Positions 20,848-31,067 of a DNA stretch of 64,000 nucleotides are shown here, in pieces (the stretch's first letter is position 1; each line of letters starts with the position of its first letter). Origin of the DNA: an uncultured Gammaproteobacteria bacterium (GTDB lineage: Bacteria; Patescibacteriota; Microgenomatia; CAZETR01; Amesbacteraceae); assembly GCA_964633995.1 (NCBI GenBank), contig CAZWKN010000003.1, positions 5,750 through 69,749 of the forward strand. The letters are read 5' to 3'. Position numbers and translations under genes: made by a program. Under the pieces are notes generated by a model that did no database searches, was not told the origin of the DNA, and worked only from the letters and a program-made list of their open reading frames with translations.

Positions 20848-21044
20848 AAAAAAGCAAAATAGACAGGGATGTTGTTTTTTTGCTTGTGTCTACATTGATA
20901 ACTATTGGCTCATGGGTCGGTTTTGAAGTATATCGTGCATACATAAAAGTAGGTTTGCCTAGTGGAATAGAAAAACATCTGGTTGAAATTATGCCAGTGT
21001 TAAAAACCGAAGTTTTAGATACAATAGAGAAGAGGGTTCCATGA
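20844..21044 (+). CDS. Small single-TM hypothetical protein
   Basis: ATGA overlaps on both sides; one TM. Confidence 0.7.
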   Translation: MKKSKIDRDVVFLLVSTLITIGSWVGFEVYRAYIKVGLPSGIEKHLVEIMPVLKTEVLDTIEKRVP

Positions 21045-22447
21045 AAAAAAAGGAGATTAGACTGCCCACCATCTTGGGATTAGTGGTCGCAATAGCTGGC
21101 CTGGTTACGGGAGTAGTTCTGCTTCGTTTACAATTAAAGACGGCCGCGTTGGCAGCCGCTGAAGAGACGCCAAATAAGGTGGCTGTATCAAACATATCCG
21201 ACTCCAGCTTTACGGTTTCATGGTCAACAGAAAGAGCTGCTCCCGGGTTTGTCCAATATAGCGAAAAGGCAACCGATCCCGATTTGGTTGTATCAGACGA
21301 AAGAGACCAGCTAAACGGGGCGGTGGGTAGTTATTTAACACACTTTGTCACAATTAAAGGGCTGAAGCCTTCGACCGAGTATGTTTTTAGATTGGGGTCG
21401 GGAAAGCATTTGTATGACCAGGGTAATGGGCTGTACACAGTGACAACCGGTGCACAGTTGGCCAATCCCCCGCCGGCTGATGTGGCCTATGGCCAAGTAA
21501 TGACTCAGAGCGGAGACCCGGGTGATGGCGCTGTTGTGTATTTACAAATTCCCGGGGCAAGCCTCCAATCTGCATTGGTCAAAAGCAGTGGATCATATGT
21601 TGTTCCCCTATCCACAATCAGAACCAACGACCTGAGTAAATTTATTACTTACGACAAGGAAAAAACAGCTATTAATGTTTCTGTCATGAGGGGTCCTTTG
21701 GAAGACACATTAGTAACGACCTCGACGGCAACTCACGCTCCCATTCCGGATATTATTCTTGGAAAAGGCGGTAGGCTGGAACAGTCGGGCTCAAATGTTG
21801 ATACGTCTGTTTCTAAATTTTCCAATAATATTTTGGGTCCGGCAATAGAAGCATCGGGAGGTGCAATATTGACCATCCTAACACCGAAATTTGGTGAGGA
21901 GGTAAATTCAGCAAGACCGGAAATTATTGGGCAAGCTCCGGCCAACACAGAGGTAACGGTAGAGGTTCATTCGACTCAAGTAGTAACAGGGACCACCAAA
22001 AGTGACCAAAATGGCAAGTTTACCTTTAGTGTCCCCAGTGATTTGTCTGCCGGCGAACATTCGGTGACAATATCAAGTGTCGTGGACGGGGTTGTAAAAA
22101 AGGTTACCAGAAATTTTGTTGTCTTGGCTGCGGGAGAAAGTTTTAATCCGGCATTTTCATCAAGTCCATCAGCAACGCTGGCCCCAACAATCAAGCCAAC
22201 CGCTACACCCAAGCCTAGTCCAACCAGACAACCGTCTCCCACTCCAACTCGAGGTCCGTCACCCCTACCTACCCCCACCGGTGTTAGACCTTCACCTACA
22301 GTAGTAGTTGCAACGCCCTCGCCCACACCCAAGCCTGTTGTTATTGAAATGCCGGCGTCAGGTAACGACGAACCCACGGTGTTGGTATTGGGAATCGGAA
22401 TCGGACTGATCATATCTGGGTTGTGGTGGTATAGATATTCTTTGTAG
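21041..22447 (+). CDS. Surface protein with FN3 and Ig-like domains, Pro/Thr linker and C-terminal anchor
   Basis: SNISDSSFTVSW, GLKPSTEY (FN3); PEIIG..P...G.F..L..GEH (Big); MPASG plus TM. Confidence 0.8.
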   Translation: MKKKEIRLPTILGLVVAIAGLVTGVVLLRLQLKTAALAAAEETPNKVAVSNISDSSFTVSWSTERAAPGFVQYSEKATDPDLVVSDERDQLNGAVGSYLTHFVTIKGLKPSTEYVFRLGSGKHLYDQGNGLYTVTTGAQLANPPPADVAYGQVMTQSGDPGDGAVVYLQIPGASLQSALVKSSGSYVVPLSTIRTNDLSKFITYDKEKTAINVSVMRGPLEDTLVTTSTATHAPIPDIILGKGGRLEQSGSNVDTSVSKFSNNILGPAIEASGGAILTILTPKFGEEVNSARPEIIGQAPANTEVTVEVHSTQVVTGTTKSDQNGKFTFSVPSDLSAGEHSVTISSVVDGVVKKVTRNFVVLAAGESFNPAFSSSPSATLAPTIKPTATPKPSPTRQPSPTPTRGPSPLPTPTGVRPSPTVVVATPSPTPKPVVIEMPASGNDEPTVLVLGIGIGLIISGLWWYRYSL

Positions 22448-22462
22448 GGTAGAATTGCCTTT

Positions 22463-23032
22463 ATGAGGCGGAAAATTAGGGTGGGGTTAGATTTTGACGG
22501 AGTGGTTGCATACAACCCATTCAGAATTATTAGGGCCCCGATTAAGTGGTTTAAAAGAGAGGTGTTGGGGATTAACAAACTAAGTTTTTTCGTTCCCAGG
22601 AACAAGCTGGAAAGACTTGCCTGGACGATAGTGCACGAGTCGAGCGTGTGGCCATCTAATGGGGTCGAGTTGCTAAAAGAGCTGGTTAACAATGAGAATA
22701 TCGAGGCTCATTTGGTAACTGCAAGGTTTAGTTTCTTGGAACAAAACTTGTTTGAATGGCTTAAAAAAAACAAACTTACTAAACTGTTTAAATCGATAAA
22801 CCTTAACAAGAAAAACGAGCAACCACACATATTTAAAGAGCGTGTAGTTAGTAAATTACACTTTGATTACTTTATTGAAGACAATTTGGATATCGTACTA
22901 CACCTGAACGGTAAGTCGAAGACAAAAATTTACTGGATTTATAATGTACTAGACAGGGGCAAGAACTATCCTTTTGGTTTTCCTTATCTGAAAAAGGCTT
23001 TGGAGGCAATAAGAAATGCGAGTGGGTTTTAG
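22463..23032 (+). CDS. HAD-superfamily phosphatase, 5'-nucleotidase-like
   Basis: DFDGVV motif I, VTAR motif II, FIED motif IV. Confidence 0.75.
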   Translation: MRRKIRVGLDFDGVVAYNPFRIIRAPIKWFKREVLGINKLSFFVPRNKLERLAWTIVHESSVWPSNGVELLKELVNNENIEAHLVTARFSFLEQNLFEWLKKNKLTKLFKSINLNKKNEQPHIFKERVVSKLHFDYFIEDNLDIVLHLNGKSKTKIYWIYNVLDRGKNYPFGFPYLKKALEAIRNASGF

Positions 23033-24146
23033 TTTAACCTACTATCGGCCCTATGTTTCTGGGCTGACAATAATTGTAGAGAGACTCGCAGAGGAGATGG
23101 CGAAATTGGAAGACTATGATGTCACTGTGGTGTGCATGAGACATGACCAAGGATCGGCAGAACGAGAGACAATAAATCAGGTAAGGGTAATAAGGGCAAA
23201 GCCTGACTTAAGAATTAGCAAAGGATTTTTTTCTTGGGATTGGATTGTAAAAAGTTGGGCCGTAGCCCGTGAATGCGATGTTGTATTTATCAATTTACCA
23301 CAACCAGAAGGAGTAGTGTTGGCCATATTTGCTAAATGTTTTGGTAAAAAAATAATTGCAAACTACCTGGCGGAAGTAAAGCTTCGAAGCGGGGTGGGAG
23401 TAATAGTCGAAAAGTTACTTTCGGCTACTAATAGATTAATTATGTTTTTAGCTACTAAAGTGGTTACCTATTCAACTGAGTACGCTAGATATGCCAAAGA
23501 ATTGAGAGGGTTCGAGAAAAAAACAACCTGGATATATCCACCGATTCCACAGACTACGGTTAACACTCTGGCGTTAAAAAAACTAAAGAAAAAAATTTTG
23601 GCGTTTCCCAATACAATAAAGGTTGGGGTACAAGCTAGACTGGCAGAGGACAAGGGTTTTGAGTATCTGTTTGAGGCAATACCGATGATTGAAAAACTTT
23701 CCGGAAACCCGACAAAAATAATAATAGCAGGTTCGTTGGATCCTGTTGGGGAAGTAGAGTACAAAAAAAAGATTTTGAACTTGGCAGACAAATTTATTGA
23801 CAAAATAGTCTTTTTAGGAGAATTAGCTCCAGAGGATATGGGTTCGTTTTACCAACTTATAGACGTATTGGTGTACCCATCGATTTTAGAATCATTCGGT
23901 TTGGGACAAGTCGAAGCCATGATGGTTGGAATACCAGTTGTGACAACCAACCTTCCCGGAGCAAGTGTACCAATTAAACGAACAGGAGGGGGAATTCTGG
24001 TACCCTCAAAAAATTCTACGCAACTGGCAAAGGCCATAGTAAAGGCGGTAAGCAACCCTACTGGCTATCAGAATGTGGAGAAAGCTAAACGTATATTTAA
24101 TATTAAAAAAACAATTAAATCTTATGTCGATCTATGTTTAGACTGA
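23016..24146 (+). CDS. Glycosyltransferase family 4
   Basis: RL..DKG, ESFGLGQVEAM..GIPVV. Confidence 0.93.
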   Translation: MRVGFSLTYYRPYVSGLTIIVERLAEEMAKLEDYDVTVVCMRHDQGSAERETINQVRVIRAKPDLRISKGFFSWDWIVKSWAVARECDVVFINLPQPEGVVLAIFAKCFGKKIIANYLAEVKLRSGVGVIVEKLLSATNRLIMFLATKVVTYSTEYARYAKELRGFEKKTTWIYPPIPQTTVNTLALKKLKKKILAFPNTIKVGVQARLAEDKGFEYLFEAIPMIEKLSGNPTKIIIAGSLDPVGEVEYKKKILNLADKFIDKIVFLGELAPEDMGSFYQLIDVLVYPSILESFGLGQVEAMMVGIPVVTTNLPGASVPIKRTGGGILVPSKNSTQLAKAIVKAVSNPTGYQNVEKAKRIFNIKKTIKSYVDLCLD

Positions 24147-24778
24147 ATAGGATTGGATATTATATTGGATCGATGATCCTAATTCTGAATAAAACCAGAT
24201 TGAGTTATCCATTAAATTTTCGCGAGCTGGATCTGAAATTTTACGTTTGCAATATTAAGGATGTGTTGGTAATAAAAGAAGTACTAATTGATAAAGATTA
24301 TGAACAAAACAAAGTAAAACTTACTCCGCACGACAAGGTCGTAGTAGACATAGGAGGAGGGGTGGGAGATTTTGCAATTTATGCTGGAAAAAAATTACCG
24401 AGTAGTAAGATTTACACCTTCGAGCCTAATAGTAAATATTTTGAACTGATAGAAAAAAATAAAATGATTAATCGCATTCGGAATGTGGGTGTTTACAAGT
24501 TTCCGGTTGCCAAGATGGAAACGGTGTTTAATATCATTAAAAGAGATCGCATCGATTTTTTAAAAATTGATTGCGAAGGTTGTGAATATAAGTTGATTAC
24601 ACCACAAGCAGTTAAATATTTAAAAAGGGTAAACAAAATTGCATTGGAATATCATGACTTCGATGATCACACTGGCGACGAGCTGGTGAGGGTGCTTGTT
24701 AATTCTGGGTTCAAGATTGCCAAACGCAACAACAGGGGCGTTCCTAGAATCGGGATTATAACCGGGTTGAGAAAGTAG
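24134..24778 (+). CDS. FkbM-family methyltransferase
   Basis: VVDIGG.VG, FEP, LKIDCEG.E. Confidence 0.9.
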   Translation: MFRLNRIGYYIGSMILILNKTRLSYPLNFRELDLKFYVCNIKDVLVIKEVLIDKDYEQNKVKLTPHDKVVVDIGGGVGDFAIYAGKKLPSSKIYTFEPNSKYFELIEKNKMINRIRNVGVYKFPVAKMETVFNIIKRDRIDFLKIDCEGCEYKLITPQAVKYLKRVNKIALEYHDFDDHTGDELVRVLVNSGFKIAKRNNRGVPRIGIITGLRK

Positions 24779-26390
24779 ATGTTTTTTTAAAGATAATAAC
24801 TTTGGGGTGGTCGTATACGGTAAAGGACTCGTCTGAATAGTCGTCTACGAAGCTGATACCTGATCCACAATACTGATTGTTGAAGGCGATTTTTCCGTAG
24901 TTTATAAACGGCGGCGTTAGGCAAAACGAAACACCAGGGATGGGTAAATTTGGACGAGAGGTAAATTCGGCTATTTTTGTAAAACCAAGCGACCCGTCAA
25001 ACAATGACTCGTAAAAATGAAGGGTTTGAGGATATTTTTCGGGGACGGTCATTATAGAACCATAAAGACGGTTACTGGACAGGATGATGTAGTCAACACG
25101 CGCTAGTTTAGCTGCAAAATCAGCCCATTTTATCGGACTTTCCGGATCGTAAGGGGCTAATTGAATAGAGTTAAAAGAATTAGGAACACCCACGGGAAGA
25201 CAGTCATCCCAATATTCGCACGATATAGTACTTCCTGGGGGTAAATTTTCAACCAACCATCGCGAAGCGGCAACACGGGAATGTGGATGAAGATAGATTT
25301 GCACGAAACTAATTGGCCAAACAGCAATCATCACAAGTAGTGGAAAAAGATATCTGATTTTTAGGTTTGCCGCAAAATCGGCTGCAAATATACATATGAT
25401 TGGATAGACTGGATAAAAATAACGCAAGGGCTTGGCAAATTGAAAACTTTCGATTCCGATAACAATAAGCAAGTTTGTCAACAGGGCCAAAACTGAAAAA
25501 CTGGGTTTCTTAAAAATAACAAGTGTTGTTCCAAGAATGGCAATGGCCGATAGGGGCAACCCCAAACCCCACAGAATTAGATTTTCCATGGGGAAAATAA
25601 ACGGGAGAGTTTTTATCCATTGGATACCTGGAGGGAAAAACCCATTGGGATTACTCAACGCCTCGAGTTGCTTTAGATTTGCAACCACCAAGGGATTTAT
25701 AGAAAACCCCTGAAACAAATAGGGGTCTGCAACCCGGAGAACGACTATGGCAAACAAGGCAAAGAGAAACATGGACTTTTTACGCAAACCGTGGCGGATG
25801 AGCAGAATTAATATTGAAGGAACTATAAAAATAGCGGTGATCTTGCAAGCCAATGCTAGTCCCAAAGCAATCCCGGACAAGACAAACTTATGTTTCAGCG
25901 AAAAGTAGAGACAGAGGGTCAGGAAAAAAACTAAAAAAGTATCTACAGCATAAAAATGCGAAAGTTGGATAGGCAACACAGCAAGACCGTAAAACAGCAT
26001 CGCCAAAAGGGATGATTTACGACTTGCAAACACTTCGAGCGATATCAAAGCAACTAGCAGTATGGTACCAACATCCATCACGGCAGAAACAATTCGACCA
26101 GCAATGGCTGTTTGGTCGTACGTAGAAGAAAATGCTTTTACAATGAACAATGGTAAGCGGCCGTATACAAAAAAGGCGTTGCCGGTATTGTGGGGGTTGA
26201 GTGGGGACGATTTGGTGTCAAAATATTGGGAGATATTTTTAGGCCAATGAACTGATAAAGTTACCATGGTAAGAAAGCGTTCGTCTGGATGAAGATGTTG
26301 GTTTTGGTCCCAATTGATGCCCAGTAATCGAAAGCTGGCTCCTAACACCAAAATAGCAGACAAGATTAATATGTATAGTTTGTTGCTCAT
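24756..26390 (-). CDS. GT-C fold glycosyltransferase (ArnT/PMT-like)
   Basis: HPDE after TM1; SHF..VD; multi-TM; start at ATGA overlap 26390. Confidence 0.82.
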   Translation of the reverse strand: MSNKLYILILSAILVLGASFRLLGINWDQNQHLHPDERFLTMVTLSVHWPKNISQYFDTKSSPLNPHNTGNAFFVYGRLPLFIVKAFSSTYDQTAIAGRIVSAVMDVGTILLVALISLEVFASRKSSLLAMLFYGLAVLPIQLSHFYAVDTFLVFFLTLCLYFSLKHKFVLSGIALGLALACKITAIFIVPSILILLIRHGLRKKSMFLFALFAIVVLRVADPYLFQGFSINPLVVANLKQLEALSNPNGFFPPGIQWIKTLPFIFPMENLILWGLGLPLSAIAILGTTLVIFKKPSFSVLALLTNLLIVIGIESFQFAKPLRYFYPVYPIICIFAADFAANLKIRYLFPLLVMIAVWPISFVQIYLHPHSRVAASRWLVENLPPGSTISCEYWDDCLPVGVPNSFNSIQLAPYDPESPIKWADFAAKLARVDYIILSSNRLYGSIMTVPEKYPQTLHFYESLFDGSLGFTKIAEFTSRPNLPIPGVSFCLTPPFINYGKIAFNNQYCGSGISFVDDYSDESFTVYDHPKVIIFKKTSTFSTRL

Positions 26391-27955
26391 AGTGAACGGC
26401 AATTATCGGATACTGAATAAATTGTAACCCCGGAATTATTGTTGCGATAAGCGGGAGTAAACTCTTTCCAAAGAGAAAGATTGGGTTTTATGAATGGCTC
26501 AGGGTGATCGTTGAGTTCGACAAACGATATATGGTTTTTTAGCAATAGCTCACAAACACCGTTTTTGTCCGAGTTTTCATAGATATCTAAGACAATTTTT
26601 TCTCGGGCCGCCTGATTATACCCAAACGACCAGGTAAAGTAGGTGTAGCCTGAAAATATTTTTCGGCCAGCAAGCGACGCGGGGTGATAAAACCAGGTAC
26701 TATTTAAGATAACATCGGAGGGTTTGGTGTTAGTTAAAAAAAATTTAGCGTCAGGGTTTGATATTAAATCCGAGACACGAAGGAATCGATCGTTTACTAC
26801 TGGAAAAAAGTCCACTAGTCCACCAAGTATAAAAATTGGGAATATAAATATCGTTATTAGTTTGGTCAGAATGTTTTTTCTTAACAGGGCAGAAAGTGCA
26901 TAAGCTGAATAACATTGGGCAAGTATCAAAAAAAAATTTATAAGCTTGTGATTGTTGATAATATCAGGGGAAAATTGAAAAAGATTAGAAATGACGAAAA
27001 TACAAACAATGGGAATAATTAATAATTTTGCCTTGGGGGGGGCCAATATAAACCCCAAGGGGATGAGCAAACAATGAAACCCAATATTGAGAAACCAATA
27101 ATACAAAACGCTGTCTGGGGTTAATCGGGAAGTCATTAAAAAACCAGGGTGGTAGCTTATGGAGGCTGGGGATTGTATTGTCAGTAGATACAAAATAAGC
27201 CACGGAAGAACCCATAGGCTTGAGATTAAAAGTTGACGGCGGCTTGACGGATAACAAATGAAAAACCAAACCATAAATAGCGCGATTACTGGAAATACCG
27301 CTTGGTTTATCATTAACAGGCTTCCTGCTAATAACCCCAAAAGCGTGGCGTGTTTTTTGTTTTGGCCTAGAAGCAACAAAATTATTCCCACACCTACGGC
27401 GAACGACAAACCCAGGTGACGCTGGTTGGTGTAGATATTGAGATTCCAAAACGCTGATATAAGACTGCCGTTCCATGGTCCGAACGAGGGAAACTGTGAC
27501 AAATTAGGCAAATCGACGAGAGGATGTCTGGACAAAAAATCTAGCCACGAAAACGAACCATTTAAGACGAGAAACAACACAGACAGAGCACTGGTTAATT
27601 TGCTTGAAAAGAGTTTGTAGGAAAGTCGCCAAACCATCACAAACAGAAGAAAAAAACCGATAGCGCTGGGAGTATTTAAGGCGAAATCAATTCTTAGGCC
27701 ACACATTTCTAAAAGTCCAACGATTGCGTAAAACAAAAAATGGTAACGAATAGGTTCGCCCGGAAACAGTGGGTGTTGAACAGGAAGGTTAAAGCCGCGA
27801 GAAAACGAACGAATCAGTGGAATACTTTGACCAAAGTCACTCCAAACCTTGGCAGAGATCAGTAGGTCGTTATGGGTTGGATCGTATGAAAATGTATGCC
27901 ACATTAACCAAAATGAAAACAAAAACGCCAGGAGCCAAAATAAGCGTGCGACCAT
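26387..27955 (-). CDS. Polytopic membrane protein, probable GT-C glycosyltransferase
   Basis: WSD loop after TM1, YHFLF, about 11 TM, C-terminal soluble domain; start moved to 27955. Confidence 0.65.
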   Translation of the reverse strand: MVARLFWLLAFLFSFWLMWHTFSYDPTHNDLLISAKVWSDFGQSIPLIRSFSRGFNLPVQHPLFPGEPIRYHFLFYAIVGLLEMCGLRIDFALNTPSAIGFFLLFVMVWRLSYKLFSSKLTSALSVLFLVLNGSFSWLDFLSRHPLVDLPNLSQFPSFGPWNGSLISAFWNLNIYTNQRHLGLSFAVGVGIILLLLGQNKKHATLLGLLAGSLLMINQAVFPVIALFMVWFFICYPSSRRQLLISSLWVLPWLILYLLTIQSPASISYHPGFLMTSRLTPDSVLYYWFLNIGFHCLLIPLGFILAPPKAKLLIIPIVCIFVISNLFQFSPDIINNHKLINFFLILAQCYSAYALSALLRKNILTKLITIFIFPIFILGGLVDFFPVVNDRFLRVSDLISNPDAKFFLTNTKPSDVILNSTWFYHPASLAGRKIFSGYTYFTWSFGYNQAAREKIVLDIYENSDKNGVCELLLKNHISFVELNDHPEPFIKPNLSLWKEFTPAYRNNNSGVTIYSVSDNCRSL

Positions 27956-27962
27956 GATAGTG

Positions 27963-27974
27963 ATTATATATAAT
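27963..27974. promoter_or_regulatory. Palindromic back-to-back -10 boxes
   Basis: ATTATATATAAT gives TATAAT on both strands, 6-7 nt from divergent starts. Confidence 0.7.
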
Positions 27975-27980
27975 GTCGAT

Positions 27981-30044
27981 GTGGGTAGCGACTGGATTAT
28001 GGTGTTTCGGTGGTGGCTGGCACTAATGGCTTTTGGATGGGCCGGCTGGCCGATTGCCTCCAAATTATTTCCAGACTGGGATGACCAAGGTTATTTCGCT
28101 GCAAAAATAGTCGGGGTAGCATTGGTCAGTTATTTAATTTGGGTTCTGGGAATTATTAAGTTGGCGCCGTTTACATGGTTAACCGTATTTGGACTCGTTC
28201 TGGGGATGATTATCCTTGGAAATTTTGGAAAAAATAAACATGGGCTAAAAAAGGAAGTGATTGGGCTGTTGGTGGTTCAAGAATTTATCTTTTTGGGATG
28301 TTTGTTTTTTTGGTCCTGGATCAAAGCACATGAACCATCAATAAACGGGCTAGAGAAGTTTATGGACTATGGGTTTACCAGGTCTATTTTACAAATTAAA
28401 TACTTTCCACCAGTGGACATGTGGTTTTCAGGGGAACCGATTAACTACTATTATTTTGGACATTTGATATTGGCCGTTCTTACTCGTTTTTCAGGCTTAA
28501 AATTAGCCGTAACATTTAACATCATGTTGGCCACCATATTTGCATGGTGCACTAGCATGAGTTTTGCCATAGGCAGAAGATTGTTAATAAATTTTAGAGG
28601 ACTGGTTAAATGGATTGGCGCCTTATTTATTGCAGTTTTAGTATCTCTATCGGGCAATTTACAAACAATTTATACTTTCACAAAAGGTTATAACGGAGAA
28701 GAAACACCTCCACCGTTTTGGAAGATATTGGCCCCATGGTCAATTGGTTCGAAGACGTACTGGTACCCCAACGCCACAAGATTTATTCCTTATACTATTC
28801 ATGAATTTCCAAGTTATTCTTTTGTCGTGTCGGATGTTCACGGCCACGTACTTGACATCCCCCTGGCTCTTTTAGCAATTGCGTTGTTAATAACTCTGTT
28901 TGGTAAAAAGCAAAGCCTTTCTGTTTGGCATGCTGTAACATTTGGGGTCTTGTCGGGAATGATGTTTATGACCAACGCGCTTGATGGCCCTGTTTATTTG
29001 GGACTATTCGGACTACTTGCTTTCATAAACAGAAGGTCCGTTTTAAGCATTTTGGCACAAGCGGCCGGTTTGATTGTCGCGTTTGGTATTACAATATTAC
29101 CTTTTGTAAGCACCTTTAAATCTTTTGTCTCCGGAGTGGGTGTTAATTGCCCACCAAGTTTCCTGGCAAACAGCAAATTGGGGCCGTTTCTGTTTGAAGG
29201 AGTAGAAAAATGCCAAAAGTCTCCTCTGTGGATGATGGCTGTGTTGTGGGGTTTTTTTGTGTTTGGGGCGATAATAGTGCAGGCGCTTCCTAAAAACGAA
29301 ACCGAGTTAAGGAGTAGACAGTTAATGCTGATTGTGTCTTTATATTGCTTGGGGTTAATAGTGTTTCCTGAATTTTTTTATTTTAAGGATATATATCCTA
29401 TGCACTTTCGAAGCAATACTATGTTTAAATTTGGATATCAAGTGTTCATAATGATGTCCTTGATTTCAGGATATGCACTAGTTAGTTGGGTTAGAGAAAA
29501 AGTAAGTATAAAAAAATTACTAATTTTGTCACTTAGTTTCCCAATGGTGGTGTTGGTCTTGGTGTATCCTTTTTTCTCTGTCAGATCATACTTTGGCAAC
29601 TTGACGAAGTACGAGGGGCTGTATGGATTGGAATGGATAAAACTCCGTCGTCCGGACGACGCACGAGCGATAGATTGGTTTGAAAGAAACGTTAATTGGG
29701 GAGAACAACCAGTTGTGCTCGAAGCCAATGGGGATAGTTATACCGAATACGAAAGGATTTCCGCTTTTACGGGCCTTCCGACTGTGGCCGGATGGACCGT
29801 ACACGAATGGCTTTGGAGGGGTGGCTACGGCCCAATTTCACAAAGGGCTGAGGAGGTAAGAACGATTTACGAAAGTGGGGATGTGGGAGTTGTTAAATCG
29901 TTGCTAAAAAAATATGGAGTAGTGTACATAATAATTGGCGATTTGGAACGACAAAAATACACCAGAATCACAGAGAGCGTGTTACAAAGCTTGGGCAACA
30001 CCGAGGCTGTTTTTGGAAATACAACTATTTTAAAAGTGATGTAA
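27981..30044 (+). CDS. DUF2298 / YYY-motif membrane protein (putative GT-C)
   Basis: EKFMD, INYYYFGH, IHEFP.YSF, R.NTMFKF, GW..HE..WR; start proposed at GTG 27981. Confidence 0.85.
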   Translation: MGSDWIMVFRWWLALMAFGWAGWPIASKLFPDWDDQGYFAAKIVGVALVSYLIWVLGIIKLAPFTWLTVFGLVLGMIILGNFGKNKHGLKKEVIGLLVVQEFIFLGCLFFWSWIKAHEPSINGLEKFMDYGFTRSILQIKYFPPVDMWFSGEPINYYYFGHLILAVLTRFSGLKLAVTFNIMLATIFAWCTSMSFAIGRRLLINFRGLVKWIGALFIAVLVSLSGNLQTIYTFTKGYNGEETPPPFWKILAPWSIGSKTYWYPNATRFIPYTIHEFPSYSFVVSDVHGHVLDIPLALLAIALLITLFGKKQSLSVWHAVTFGVLSGMMFMTNALDGPVYLGLFGLLAFINRRSVLSILAQAAGLIVAFGITILPFVSTFKSFVSGVGVNCPPSFLANSKLGPFLFEGVEKCQKSPLWMMAVLWGFFVFGAIIVQALPKNETELRSRQLMLIVSLYCLGLIVFPEFFYFKDIYPMHFRSNTMFKFGYQVFIMMSLISGYALVSWVREKVSIKKLLILSLSFPMVVLVLVYPFFSVRSYFGNLTKYEGLYGLEWIKLRRPDDARAIDWFERNVNWGEQPVVLEANGDSYTEYERISAFTGLPTVAGWTVHEWLWRGGYGPISQRAEEVRTIYESGDVGVVKSLLKKYGVVYIIIGDLERQKYTRITESVLQSLGNTEAVFGNTTILKVM

Positions 30045-31050
30045 CGAAGTCAAAAACGACACGGGGGTCGTTGTTTTTGGGAAGGAGGACCCAAGAAAAA
30101 TCATAGTCTTGAACGTAGTCTGGTTGGTATAGTTGGTCCGGCTCAGACAATGAATAAGTTGAGATGTTTTGTTTTTTCATTTTGATTGCAATCTTTGACA
30201 AAGAAAGATAGTTCTCTGGCTTTATGTCCGTGATGACGTTTTCCCTAACAAGACCGAGAAGTTGTTTGTATGTTTGAATATTTTGGGAAAATAGTTTGCT
30301 TTTAAAGGCAGCTATTACTTTTTCTTGCCTTTTTGACCTTGCGAAATCGGTACCCTCAGCGGGATCGGTCGAATGCCTTGATCTGGCAAATTTGAGGGCA
30401 GTAATGCCGTCCATGTGGGTAAGACCTTTGGAAAACGTGACCGTCTCATACCGGCAAAGAAACTGAGGGTCGCCACCACAATTGTCGTTTTCTTTTCCGG
30501 GGATGGGATACTGTGTGTCGACAAAAGAATTTTGAATGTTGACATCAATTCCTCCCAACAGATCAATGGCTTGCTTAAAGGTCGAAAAATCGACCACAAT
30601 TGCAAAATCAATGGGTTGATTTATAAATTGGGAGACAACTGATTTTGAAAGAGCCAGCCCCCCTGCTGTCCCGGCTTTTTCCGACCCAAAATGAAAAGCC
30701 GTGTTAATTTTGGCTCTAATCGAAGAAATCCAAACGTCTCTGGGAATCGATAAGAAGACAGCATTGCCATTAGCTGAATCTATCGACATAAAGATAATGG
30801 TGTCGGTTAAATCTGGCCCTTCGTGATCACCGCCACCTATTCCTAATAGTAAAAAGTTTATTCTTCCTGCGTGGAGGGGTACAGAATTTTTGGTGTACTC
30901 CGCTATTTGAGTCAAAAACCCACGAGAAAGGCTGTTGACAAGAAGTACGCTACCACAAACCAGAAGAATTATTGTGCAAACGATGATGGTTCGAGCTAAA
31001 AACACCCGAGACAAAAGTCGTCTTTTGAATCGGTTGTATAAGGAATTCAT
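30025..31050 (-). CDS. LytR-CpsA-Psr (LCP) family phosphotransferase
   Basis: LTDTI, SIPRD, KIN, ARSRH, DFARSKRQ; start uncertain. Confidence 0.93.
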   Translation of the reverse strand: MNSLYNRFKRRLLSRVFLARTIIVCTIILLVCGSVLLVNSLSRGFLTQIAEYTKNSVPLHAGRINFLLLGIGGGDHEGPDLTDTIIFMSIDSANGNAVFLSIPRDVWISSIRAKINTAFHFGSEKAGTAGGLALSKSVVSQFINQPIDFAIVVDFSTFKQAIDLLGGIDVNIQNSFVDTQYPIPGKENDNCGGDPQFLCRYETVTFSKGLTHMDGITALKFARSRHSTDPAEGTDFARSKRQEKVIAAFKSKLFSQNIQTYKQLLGLVRENVITDIKPENYLSLSKIAIKMKKQNISTYSLSEPDQLYQPDYVQDYDFSWVLLPKNNDPRVVFDFVTSLLK

Positions 31051-31067
31051 TCTGGTATGCTGCATAT

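Noticed and set aside
22180-22335. PTP/PSP low-complexity repeats as part of the 7/8-mer array family
   Set aside because: Codon-periodic protein linker, explained at the protein level
21976-22692. 238-aa antisense ORF with GVG repeats
   Set aside because: Reverse-strand reflection of the Pro/Thr linker codons
27849-28063. Long head-to-head overlap of two membrane genes
   Set aside because: Artefact of longest-ORF calling; resolved by starts at 27955 and 27981
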